Positions 1 to 12,427 of a stretch of DNA of 64,000 nucleotides are shown piece after piece; position 1 is the first letter of the stretch, and each line of letters opens with the position of its first letter. This DNA is from Trichosphaerium sp. ATCC 40318 (taxonomy: Eukaryota > Protista > Tubulinea). The translations under genes and the position numbers were made by a program. Where the stretch lies: positions 121,875-185,874 of the forward strand of contig JALMLS010000489.1 of assembly GCA_038496445.1 (NCBI GenBank), written 5' to 3'. The notes under the pieces were generated by a model. The model worked only from the letters and a program-made list of their open reading frames with translations, ran no database searches and was not told where the DNA came from.

Positions 1-3000
1 CCAAACCATCAATGTGGAAATGACTTGAGCTGTTATTTAGCGCTTAATGAGACTGATATCCAAATTACGTGTATGAAATACGTATTTTTAAACAATGTAA
101 CACTCATTTCGGACAAGAAGTTAGCAACACGTGCGTGTACAAACAAGATTGAGTCTTGGGGTTTTTTTTGGAACACAGACCAACGTTTACCCAACTCATT
201 TTTTAATTTTTATTTATAGACATAGTGAACGACTTTTTACCTTCTGTATCTCTTCCACACGTGATGTGTAATGGAGAACGTATTTTTATCAACGGCCAAA
301 AACACTCTTTGACGATAGACGGCTTAAAATTTGGGTGTCCTAGCGATGTTCCAAACGGATAGATTGCAAAATTCGTATTTGAACCAAATTTTCTTGGTTT
401 ATTCGAATATATTCTTCTCGCTTTTTTTGTGGTGAGATAAAACGGCACAAATTACATCCTTATTCCTGTCCTGAACCCATTTTTTTACATCCGAACATGT
501 CTGAGACTTTTTTTAATAGAGCAAGTGAATAGATAAAACTACAAAATTGTGTTAAAATTTGTTTTACCTCAAGCGATGGCTATTTCTATGCGTGGAAAGT
601 ACTAAAAAGTGGTTTTGAGACAGCAAAAAAATAGATCACGTGGCGGGCTCAAGATTGGCTCGAATTGTCAAAAAAACGTCACCACTGGCACAATTTCACG
701 CAACAAAAGTGTCGGTTAGGCTTACCGTGACTTAGTTTTACCGCTAAAATGTAGATATCTTAAACTCACTCAATATATGGCTTTCAACCACTCTATGTAT
801 AGAAATATGCATTTTAAAACATATGAGAGTAGTTTGGATGAACAAAAAGCACTTGGTGATTAAAAAAAAAGCCAACAACTTTCAGTTTCACAGTCGCTCT
901 TCTCTGAAAACCGAATCCGAATATAGTCGACTATTTCCAACTTTTTACGTTCTGGCGATAGATTCGGTATTCTATTCGTTTGGAACATCGCTAGGGTGTC
1001 CACTGTCAATAGAGGATGTACCTGTTTTCAAACTGGAGTGCGTATCTTTTTTTGTGTTTTTTTTTCCCATATTTGACCTTTATTCTAATGTGCTCTTGAA
1101 GGTCAAGTATGTTTTATTTACTTTCAACTGACGCGCCATTGCTTAAACTAGTGAATTCTAAGTACGTCACACATGTAGTCCTGTTTCTAACAACAATAAT
1201 AAGTTTTGTGATGTCACAAACTCATCAAGTTGATAACAATATTTCCATTGGAGTACCAGAAGGAGCGTTGCTTTCCATGACAAACGGATCAATGAGCATT
1301 GACAATTGCACTTTTTCTGGTAATACAATTCGCATCAAAGAAAATACAAGCTGTATTTTTAGAGGTTTGGTAAACACACAAGGAACAGATGTCTACGTAC
1401 TTTGTGTTGTATTTCGCAATTTGCTAACACTTTATTTTTCGTAGCTATCTATTAACGGCTCATTTTTTACGAAGAACTCCTTCCTAAGCCCACTTCACGC
1501 ATGTACGGCACATGTTACTGGTATTGACGTTAAGGAAAATTGAAAACAAACTTGTTGTTTAGGTCTAGCGCCTTATGGTGGCATTATTCACTCAAACGAA
1601 ATTAATTATATGTTAATTTACAATAGCGCTTTCATTGAAAACAATATGGTGGACATACAAGGTATAAAAAGTGTTAAGTTTCATAAACTTGTATGCTAAT
1701 CTCGAAAAACCAAGCATGTATCATTGTATCTCTAGCGGACGACACTATCATTCAGTCATCTGTATTCAAGAGCAATATATGTGCAGGGTAAGTTATTTGT
1801 TTTAAATGGACAATATTTAATTAATTCTATTTAAATAGGTCTGTCATCACAATTGGTAATGTATCTTATTTTTTATTGTTGTTAACAGTCTGCAGGTATG
1901 GATAATAATCAAAACACAGCTTTCGAACTTCAGTATGTTGCTTATTGTCAGTTCATAGCCTAAAGGTTATTTATATGTTGTTAGGAATATCTACATTAAG
2001 GGTAACCATGCTATACAATTGTGAAGAGACAAAAGCAGATTCTCGTTCCTGATTTCTGCTTACCAATGCATAACGTAACATGTAGAAAATGAAGAAAGCA
2101 GACAATCAATAAGTTGCACACCATTAAGTTCGGGGAGTGTTTCAAACCTGTTCATAGGTGGTAAGCAAAACTTTTTGGTCATCCAAGAATACTACTAAAA
2201 AACTTCATGTTTCGCAGATTTTCACCCGTATTCTGAAGGATGTCAAGTAAATGAAACAAATCGTTGCACTACAGATTGTTGTGATGGCACGTATTAGTAC
2301 AAAACACGCACAATAATAGTAAAACACGTGATAGTATCATTCGAATTTGAGAATTATTTTTACAGTCACCCATGCAACACAACAATATCGACTAGAGTAC
2401 CACCTCCACAGTTTGACGGTAAGTAACTAAGGTCCACGCGTACTAATACGCTAAAAAAGGTTGTATATGGCCACCCGAGCATGATGTGTATCCCTCAGCT
2501 AGTCCACCAACCAATGCAGCACCGACTGTCGCAGCGAACGCAAGTGCATGTGTTGTTTGTAACAATGCGTTGTGCGAAATACAAGAAAATTGTAACGTTG
2601 GCGGTTTAGCCAAAGTAGATGAGAACAATCATCTTACCATTGAGAATGGTGTTGTGATTGAAGGAGATTTCATCAACAACGGCAATGTCACCTTTGCGTT
2701 GAATGATAGCACCAAGAATGTTGTTATTGGAAGAGACTTTGTGAATACTGGCATAATCACTTTTACACCAAGTGTCAATTCAGGACGGTTTACGGTTGGC
2801 GGAGACTTTATCAACAATGGAACTGTTAAAATTGTGCTGAAGCACAGTGATAATATACAAATAAAAGGTACCGTTAACTAGTTTATAAAGACCTACTCTT
2901 ATCACGTGACAATAGTTTTGAGATGTACTTATCTTGGTGAGTACATAGTTGATGTTTCTACAATACAACTGCATCGAAAATGCATTTCTATCATTGAAAG

Positions 3001-3303
3001 CACGTGTGTACATGGAACAGTATCCATAGCGGGAATGACAGGATGTACATCTGCATCTCAAGAACATGATGGAAGAAAGTACGAGGCAATTTTCATATTC
3101 ATGTTGTACTATTTTTCGTTTAGATTGCAAGTATTTGTTGTCAATACTTGCACAGGTGGTGGTACAAACGCTTTTCTGATTGTCGGAATCATTTTTGCAG
3201 TTGCAGTATTTGTACGTACGATAGTCTTATTTGATCTTCTAACATGTTTCGTTTTTTCAAGTTCTCTGTCATTGCTATCTTCATTTTAAAGTGTAAACGA
3301 TGA
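1..3303 (+). CDS. Multi-exon Cys-rich/beta-helix-like type I membrane protein (5' truncated by window edge), interrupted by a MITE; possibly inactivated
   Basis: Exons such as CGNDLSCYLALNETDIQITCMKYVF, CVVCNNALC...VVIEGDFINNGNVT and a C-terminal TM segment (FLIVGIIFAVAVF). Clear paralog of the gene at 19496-22070. 3' end approximate. Confidence 0.6.
341..993. mobile_element. Non-autonomous hAT-type MITE (653 bp)
   Basis: 23-bp TIRs TAGCGATGTTCCAAACG(G/A)ATAGA (341-363 and 971-993, one mismatch), perfect 8-bp TSD GGGTGTCC (333-340 and 994-1001), subterminal ATTCG/CGAAT repeats, no transposase ORF. Confidence 0.92.
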
Positions 3304-3559
3304 TAAGTTCGTGTTCACGTCAGAAAAGACAAGATCGCCAATGACAATCTCAGATGTCACCACGCCAAAGTCAATGGTATCGTCAGTAACGCCAGGCATA
3401 GGCGATGTCTTCATCAGATTAATAAAAAACAGTCCATTCTTTTACCCTTAGATTTACTTCCTTGATGTAGTTAGCTAAGATCTTTACCCTCAATATTTAT
3501 TTTCATTTATTTGTACAATTTGAAGTCATGTCGTGTTGGATTTCTCGTATCGTTGTTCT

Positions 3560-5050
3560 TTATTTTTTATACTTTCTTTTCTTTATACGTAAAGTACCAC
3601 CACGTTGATGCATTATTTTGTCTAGTGTCCCAATGTCATTGCTTAGAAAGTAACTCCAGAAACCAAGGCGAAAAGCAGCATCGACATTTACGTTATGCTT
3701 AGCGCTTTAGTAGACAGTTAAAACAGAAAAACACCGCTAGGACAAAACTAAAAAAGTTACCTAGTCGAAATATATGGTATATCTCTTTGCATTGCAAGCT
3801 TCAAAGCATCAACTTCTCGGTAATTACGCTCATCTTTTTTACACCTACAATCACGTGTGTTAAACAAAATTGTATCAACTGTACACAAGGACACTACTGA
3901 TGTTGACATACCCGACAAGAACTTGAATCTACGGAGTTAATTAATACTAACAGCTGGAATTTTAAAAAAAAGTATTAGTAGAACGTACCTTAGAACCTAT
4001 AGTATCAATAATTGGCAATGTATCTTTCGTCAAAGTTTCTATTGTTTTCTCTTCTTGTAGCGAAAAGCAGCACATGTATACCTTAAAATAAGTCCCACGT
4101 TAGTTCACTATTTAATATTGTTACGCTTGTGCTTACATTTGTAAGGTTACAATAGTACGCTCCTGATTTATTGTTTAAGAGCGCTAATTCGGTAACGTCA
4201 ATAAACAAACACATGAGAGAAGTCTATTTCTTACTTGTTTGGCTAATGTCAAAAACGTCAACAACTCCTCCATTCAACAAAGTCTTTCTGTGAGAATCTC
4301 TGTTCAAGTTGAGTTTAGAAAATAATTTATTGTCTTGTACTTACTCGGTTGTAGGGATATAAGAAGGTTCATATCGCTTGGAGTTCCATCGAAGTGTAAG
4401 ATTAGTCTTCCCTAAAAAAAACGTTTAGTTTTTGGTTCCCGCGTTGGACCAATTCACATGGCACGTGCCTACAGAATCATCTCCGACAAAGACCATCTTT
4501 ATTAGATTAGTTTCATTAAACTCTGGTGGCATCGGTATATGACTACGTGAAGAAGGATCCATTTTTTTTAAATGTTTTGTGTTGCGCGTTTTTTTTTTAA
4601 AAGGCTTGAATACGCTCTTCCTCTTACTCTTTTTACTGAGTTTCTTTTTAGATGATTTCTCTTGTATATTACGGCATCGTTGTATTGCACGCTCATACTT
4701 TCTAGGTAACCACCAACCTTTCTGCTTTAACGACAATAAACCGTTCATAAACTTCCTTGTTCTAATGCCATCACTCTCTTGTAGCCCTGCAAGGACAAAC
4801 CAGAGATCTCGAGAAGTACTAGTCTTTTTTTCAGAGGAGAAAAAGAAAAAATAGAAAAAACAGAAAAAAAGAAAGTTGAGAAGAACATTATTATTTGAAA
4901 GAGCATTCGCTCTTACTACTATAGTACTTACCATATCTTGTGGAAATAGTGGGAAGTGTTATTCAAACTTAATATACTTATAAGATCCATGTAAGACACG
5001 GCTATATGTATCACTTTGGCCGGGAGACAAGAAAAGGGACCTTCCATCAT
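3560..5050 (-). CDS. F-box domain fused to an atypical Ras-superfamily small GTPase
   Basis: Exon 1 MMEGPFSCLPAKVIHIAVSYMDLISILSLNNTSHYFHKI is F-box-like. Spliced P-loop GDDSV|GKT, effector YIPT, G3 VFDISQ, G4 LVGCKKD, G5 TSAK. No CAAX. Confidence 0.75.
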
Positions 5051-5254
5051 TATTTCTACTAAAAGTGCCAGTTCTCGTGTTGACAGTTAACTTAATGATG
5101 TTATGGTTAAGTTGTGGAAAGGAAGAAGAAAAAAAACACATTGTGGAATACTGTTCAAGTAACAACAAAGATAGCGATATATTTGTCACAACGTTTTATT
5201 AAAATAACTCCTAGTACTAGGTTTGGTACCACAGTACGTATTTATTGTCATATT

Positions 5255-7007
5255 TTATCTGGTTTCCTCAATGTTCGCTACAACCTCGTAATGCTTTGAT
5301 TTTTTCTTTACAACGTAGTAAGCAAGCCAAATGATAGCAATTATAAATGCAGTGGCAAATAATACGCCAAGAACAATTATCTAGAGTAGTATTTTAGTAA
5401 CTACGGTTCAGTACATACGACAATCGTGTAGTTTAACAAAAAAGCGAGTAAAATACTTTGTCTGCAAAAATCACGTGATGTTCACGTGATAAAACTAAGT
5501 TGTAAAACATTATTACCGTTTCAAGCCTTCTGGACGTTGGTTGTGGTGCATAAACTACGCCTAAATTCACAGTGAGCACATTGCCAAAACAGCTTTTGAA
5601 AAAGAAAAAGACTTGCCAACTTGAGGATCCCATATTATAGGTTCATCTCTAGGAGTCATAAACGTAAAGTACAACTGGAACTCAGCCTCATTATCATCAT
5701 CTACGTTTATCATCAATAACTTGTAAAAAGTGTTAAGGCTTTACTCACCGTCTTCAGGAGGTACTCGAATGGCTTTGGCGACAACTTTATATGTCTTATT
5801 CGCGTTTCCTTCAGCTTCATCCGCCCAAGCGAATTTTCCAAAGGCACCAGTGGTAGAAGGAGGCTTTATATTCAAGCTTGATGCATCGTCATCGTCATTA
5901 TCATTATTGTCGTCATCATCGTTATCATCATCCTTCTCGGATTCAACTTCAATTTCTGTTTCAACATTTGCAAGCATGCCCAATCGCGTGCCAGTCTCTT
6001 TAAGGAACGGAAAGTTATGTATTTCAATGTCGATTTTAACAGCTTTGTATTTGTTAACGAAAAAATCAGTAATCACGTGATATCGAGGGGAAAAGGCTGT
6101 TAAGGATACTGTTAAACCCATATTCAAATCGTGAATCACCGCTGTACCATCCACGAATAGTTACAACATCTGAAAGACACAGTAAGAAAAAAATAAAATA
6201 CAGTTTAATCATATACCATCAGTTGTTGTTATAACAAAGCCATTAACCTAATAATGCGTAAGAATGATTACAGAGAGATAATAAATAAAAGAAGAAGAAA
6301 TAAAAGTACAAGTGAGGCATTCTTGCCGATAAAATCGGCAAAAAAGCGCGAAAACCCAAAAATTTCAGAAACTCGCACATACAATAACCCCGGAATCGTT
6401 CTTGCTAATTGGTATCCATCCAGTCTTTGGCCAAGAAGCAATATTTTCGCCCTATAGATAACTGTTAATAAACAGTTCGCCTGATATATCACAAAACGCA
6501 CAGTAGTGAAATACTCTTGCACAATGACACTTTCGTTAGTATAATGTCCTTTTGTCTTGTTATCAATTTCAAACTCAACAATTCTACAGAAACCTATTAG
6601 CACGTGACACTTAACAAAAAAACGTTGAAAAAAAGAAAGAGCTGTTCACGTGCTTTACAATATGAATGTCAAAGCCTATTTCTTTGCTTGTATCATTACG
6701 TATTGTCTCATACGATAAGTCTATAGAAGCCATACCCATTTTACCTTCGTTCTAAACGGTTAAGAGTAAGAATATTTATCTTCTTGTGTAAAACTTTTGA
6801 AAAGCTTACCAGGGCCTCCACTTCGATAGCGAACTTATCTACAGTTTCATTTCGTTCGTTTAAGCCTTCTGCCTCAAGTTTAACCTCTAACTCATCTATA
6901 ATAGCTCCATATTCTCTAGAATCAGGTTCATCATCATCGTCGTCTTGTGCTACAACGACGTGTGGAACTATCAGTAACAAAGCCAATACAACCAATAATA
7001 AACGCAT
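5255..7007 (-). CDS. Uncharacterised type I membrane protein (signal peptide, acidic tracts, C-terminal TM)
   Basis: MRLLLVVLALLLIVPHVVVAQ signal peptide, several exons, last exon IIVLGVLFATAFIIAIIWLAYYVVKKK...TAA. Confidence 0.65.
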
Positions 7008-7099
7008 TTGTTATCTGTTAGTACAACGCAAGAGGTGTTATTGTAGTTTATGAACAATAAATAAAGAAAATCCATAAAGAAACACGTGGACTGAACCGG

Positions 7100-8731
7100 C
7101 TTTTAGTAAAAAACATACACAGTTCCTATTTTTGTGGTATCATTATCGGAGCGCTTAGATGTGTCATCCACAAGCGCAATAAAGATCAGCTTGGTCCGAT
7201 ACTGTACAACACGTCAAAAAAAAAATACAATTTCTGATGTATTTTTACAAAGAAATAATGACCGTTTCGTCAAAGGGTAGTTTTTGCATCCACCTTGGTT
7301 TAACTATGGCAAAAACGACATACAATCGCGCTACTTGTCGTCCCAGAAACCATCATCTTCATCTTCGTCATCAGAATTCAGAAGTAGTGACGCACTACGG
7401 GCATCCATGGCTTCTTCAAGAGCAGAGTATAGAGATTCAGCTACTGTAAGAGATTTGTTCAAATATGCATCTCGCTCCTGTAACACCAACAGTTAATTCA
7501 AATCTTCAAGAAGAACACAAAGCGCGTGGACGTACTCTAGCAATTTTATCATGGTTTAGTTTCCTTAATCTAGTTCCTTGCTGTATCTCGCCTAAGCACA
7601 ATATTAAATACCTACATTGCAGTGGATAATATGAAGACATACCCAAAAGATGTCTGACACTAAGTGAACCATCTGCAGGCCCATTGTACGCTGAATTTCC
7701 TCTACCATGAGCACGTTGGCGAACAACAGGTACAGGAGGAGCAACAGGTGGTTTAGGAGCTTCAGCTGGTTTTTTCTGTATTTCTCTGGATACCTTTGCC
7801 AAAGATACGAAAAACTTAAAGAAAGTGAATCAATGCATTCGAAACATCCTGTGCACATACACTGTGATGTCCTGTTCGGAAGTCTTCTTGATATCTTATC
7901 AATTTTTGATGAAAAGGTCTAAGTTTTTTAAATTGTGACTCTCCCATACTATCCATAGGAAATTCTTTAGCCTATTAAGTGTTTATATAAGTCATATGTG
8001 AGTATTAGTACTCACCATGTCATCCAAACCAGTTTTCCATTTTTCGACATTAGATGTCAATGAAGTTAACAATGCGACAACAATCGATAAGCGCTAGTAG
8101 GTTTGTTTTTTATCAGTTCGTCACCTTCTTTGTCTGGATTTCGTACCTCGTTCAACTCATTTATAGTTTCTTGTTCTTGTTTAGAATTCTCTTGCATCGC
8201 CTTGAAAACACATGAGCACGTGATAAATTAGTGTTTGAAATGGGTTTTTTGTTTTGGAAAGTCATACCTGCAAAATATCCACAAAAGTGTCAACACCCTT
8301 TTCAATCTCACTCTTTTGCTTTACTATGGATTTACGTATACTGGAGCGTAATTTTTTACGCTCTTCAGTGGACATTGACTTTACTGACTGCCTATTCTTG
8401 GCTCTCCCTCTTTGGGTATCACGTGAGCATTGTATAAAGATTTAAAAGTACGTACGATGACCCTGTTGGTGTGTGCATTCCACTGCCCCTTCTCATTGAG
8501 TTACGCGGCAATGAACCAGGTGTAAGGCTAGCGCGGGACGAGTTCTGTTTTGGTGACCTACCAGCCGCTGCTTTTTTTTCAGCCCGTTTCTTTTTGAGTT
8601 GCGCAAACGACCGCATACTAAGCAGTTGTAAATAGATATATTCAAAAGGCACCATTCACGTGCCTTGCAGAAGACACTTGCTCGCGAGAACGATCGCGAG
8701 GAGATGAAGGGTACTGAGAGCGATACGCCAT
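7100..8731 (-). CDS. Coiled-coil protein with Pro-rich stretch and WH2-like actin-binding motif
   Basis: PAEAPKPPVAPPVP followed by GEIQQGTRLRK (WH2-like). Multi-exon, 3' end approximate. Confidence 0.5.
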
Positions 8732-8896
8732 AGTTGTAAGAACAGGGTTTTAGGTTTATTGAAAATTTTAGACAAGTGACTTTTGACACAAAAAGTCAAA
8801 ACTGGCCACAATGGCTCAAGACATTAAAGGACGCAAAAAATAACAACTACGCGACTTTTACCAAGCGTTGGTACCCTCAAAAGAGGTATAATTTAT

Positions 8897-11800
8897 TTAT
8901 TTATTATACGTAGACTTCAAAGATTTGGTGCATGCTGCTACCTTACTAGTTGAAGACTTTGCATGCTTGTTTAGAATATCTGGAACTCCAAGATCAGTAG
9001 TAAGTGATGAAGTCTCCTCGTCATTATGTAATAGAGTCCCAAGAGCAACAAGAGCTCTGAAGATAATTTCAGGGTCAGACTCGCTTTGTAGAACTTCAAC
9101 TACAATAGCAAGGCATTGAACTTTAATATCTGAAGGGTGCTTCAAGAACAACACAGAGAAACTAGTAAAAAAAAACGTCAGTCTACAAAAACTCAAAGCT
9201 GGCTTGAAACTGGCTTTTGGGTATTGTTTTTATGCGTCTCAGAGAGAAGATTAATAGGTTCTTCATTGTTGAAGCTCTAGGGGAACTAGTGTCCTCATTG
9301 ACGCGAGAAAAAAAAAAAAAAAAAGAAAAGAATCAAAAAAACCGATTTGTCGTACTTGAGAAGTAAAGTAGTGACTGCTAAGCGTAAGTTTCTGTTTGAT
9401 GCACTTACACAATCAGCTGCGCATTCCAAAAGCTAAGTTGAGAGTCAGAAAAGTTTCATTCATAGTAATAGCGCGTACACTCTCAGCGTTACTTAGCAAA
9501 GCTTGTGCTGTTGCTGAACACTTGAATAGATTTACAAAAAACCTAAAACCAAGCATTTGACAAGCAGCAAAGTCTGATTTTACTCCAGCAGCTGCTATCC
9601 AATTAAAAATATCGGCTGAATCATTTCCAATAGAATTAACGACAAGTTGCGCTACGTTTTCATGTAGAGCGAGTAATCTGCAAATATCGATACCTGCGTA
9701 GTAATTTCAGTAACTTGGCACAGCATTTGGCTTTAGCTTTGCCGCGGTAGAAAGTTTTCAAAAAAAAAAAATTAAACCAACCAAAAGTCCTTGAAGGTCA
9801 AACTCACCTGGAAAACGTTTGTTGCTTGGCCATTCCAATAGTTTCTTCAAAACAGCAACTTCCTGAGGTTCTAGAGAAACTTGCTTCTTAGCAAGTTTTT
9901 GAAATAAACCATTCACAATATCAGCTTCAGGTGTTGACAAGGCCATGGCTCCAGCTTCTGCGTTCAATTGTACTAATTTCTTATGTACAGCGTCAAGCTT
10001 GGCAGCAGGGAAAGTAAGGGCAGTAAGCTAAAATTCCAATGAGTACAACTCTGTCCGCATTCAATGTATATTCTAATGTACCTGTGGGAAGTAGTGGACT
10101 GGTTTCTTTGGTCTTATTGGTGCTTGAGCAGTAGCACCTGTGTATCCAGTGTAGCGAGAAGGGTTGTAAGGATCATAAGCAGGTTGTTGCTGTGGAGTAT
10201 TTTGTATAATGAATGTTACAATTTGATCAATAAATTCTTCAGGTAAATCATTCTCTGTGCAAAATCGTGTTGCTGCAGCGTACGGATTCTCTACAAAAAC
10301 CACGATTAGCACAGACAGAGCACGTGAAAAAATATAATAAAATAAGAAAAACACAACCAACTTAAAAATTCTTCTTGGTAGGTATCTTACCTCCGTTATT
10401 GAAACCAATCTTTCTTTTAAATCCTTCCATTTCTACATTAAACACGTAGTCATACTGTTTACCTCGGATAGTATTACCCTTTTACAAGAGTATGAGTTAG
10501 CCTTATACCAATAAAAAATAATCAAAAAAAAATCAAAAAAAGATAATAATGTCTCACCTGTTCGACAGCGTTCACAATGTCACCTTCTTTGTTCCATCTT
10601 CTTTCTGCCATTTTCCATACATAAAGCTCTGGTTGCCCTTGAGCATTACGTAACATTAAAATTTTGCCTTCTTTATCTCCTGGAACATCTAGAGCTTCTG
10701 GACCAGGAAGAGAATCAACATTCAAATCACCAACAGATCCACCTTTAGCTTGAGAGCGTGCAGCAGCTATTTCCAATAGCTTTTGGTTATATTGTGCTAT
10801 ACTCTCATCAGAAGCCATACGGTCCTTTGAGCGCGTCCACAGACGTACTGCACCATCTTGACTACCCTAAAAAGAAAGCATTAGCCACAACGAACAAAAG
10901 AACGATTAAAATCATTTTTGTAGACTCAACCGTACAGTGCAGATATCTCCATTCTCTAAACCAACAACTCCCCATATTCCGCATGGATGTTGTAGTGTTT
11001 GCACACAAGCAGTATCCTTCCATACTTTACAAGTACCATCCTCTGCACAAGACAAAAATTCGCCTGTTGAGAGAACAGATACGCAATAAATGAAACCAGC
11101 ATGGCCAGAAAGGTTACGCATACATAAACCATCATATGTCCATAGACGCACGGTGCTAAGAAGCATCGTAAATACCAGAAAAATAAAGAAAAAAAATTAA
11201 TGAGAAAAGGGTACCAGTCATTTGAACACGATAAAAATCCAACGCCAGGTACATTTGCTAAACCTCGGACTGCGTCTGTGTGCTCGGTAATACGTTTTTT
11301 GATATTTCCTTGATGCCAAATGACAATTGATCTATCAGCAGAACCAGATACAATGTCTCCATTATCAAGTCCCAAAACAGCCCAAACAATGTGTTCATGA
11401 CCTTTAAGCTCCATCACTTCACTGGCACTCTTCCAAACACGAACTGTTCTATACACAATAGAGTTAACACACTGGTACACGTGCAAGAAAACTAGAGATT
11501 TTTAAATAAAATGAAATCGCATGAGGTCTTCATTGTAAAAAACAACAAATGGTGACTTACTTATCAACTGATCCAGAGATAACATAGCCCTATATTAGAA
11601 AACATGAGCTGACGCGTGTAAACAATATTTCACGTACTGTGTTTGTCATGCTCAGAGATGTAACGGACGAACTGTGGCCAACGTATTTTTGTACTTGAGT
11701 AGCATTCATTGATGGCGTTGGATTGGCCCAGATTACAACAGAATTATCGTAACCGCCAGTTACAAGCGCTACGGAGGAACGCGTTAGGGAGTGTAATGAC

Positions 11801-12201
11801 AGAGCAAAGTAAATATTTGTCGAAATAGAACAAGCTGTTTAAAGCGTACCTCCTTCAGGGAAAGTAGCGCATTTGCCTGGAGGAACTCGCATTACGCTGC
11901 TTACGCCCATTGATGATCCTTCATGGCCAGGAAGCATTACAACGCTTTTGAGCGTATTAGAATCATCCCTAATGCTTAATTTAGCTACGTGAGTATTCAA
12001 TACGTCACTTACTTTGTTAACAGCTGAATTGTGTTGTCCCTACTAACAGAGCATACACCACCTTGTGGCCAACCTAAATCTGTAACCGCTCTAGCCTAGA
12101 ATGTCTTAGGTTAACTTTATGCGTTATTTTAAATAAAGTACGTCTTTATCGTGTGCAAAAACTTCTGCTGAGAGCGCAAAGTCGGGCTCGTGATTAGTCA
12201 T
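8897..12201 (-). CDS. PLAA: Phospholipase A2-activating protein / Doa1 (WD40-PFU-PUL)
   Basis: WD40 repeats (GHEHIVWAV, HTDAVRGL), PFU domain (LPGPEAL...ENPYAAATRFC...FIDQIVTFI) and PUL C-terminus (FRALVALGTL). Confidence 0.93.
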
Positions 12202-12427
12202 GGCGTTTAGGTTTTTTTGAATGAAGTTTTAGTTCAAAATTTCAATTAAGCACTAGGTTTTATCTCATACGCTCTAAAAGGCCGGCAACAAAGCTCAATT
12301 GAGTACACGTAGACTAAAAATGAACCAACCGCTTCTGTGAAGAGAATTAGGTTCGCCTTTTGTTACTTTTTTGCGATTTTTCACTAAATCGCTGTCTGTC
12401 CTTAACACATAACTCAAAACTCACGCA

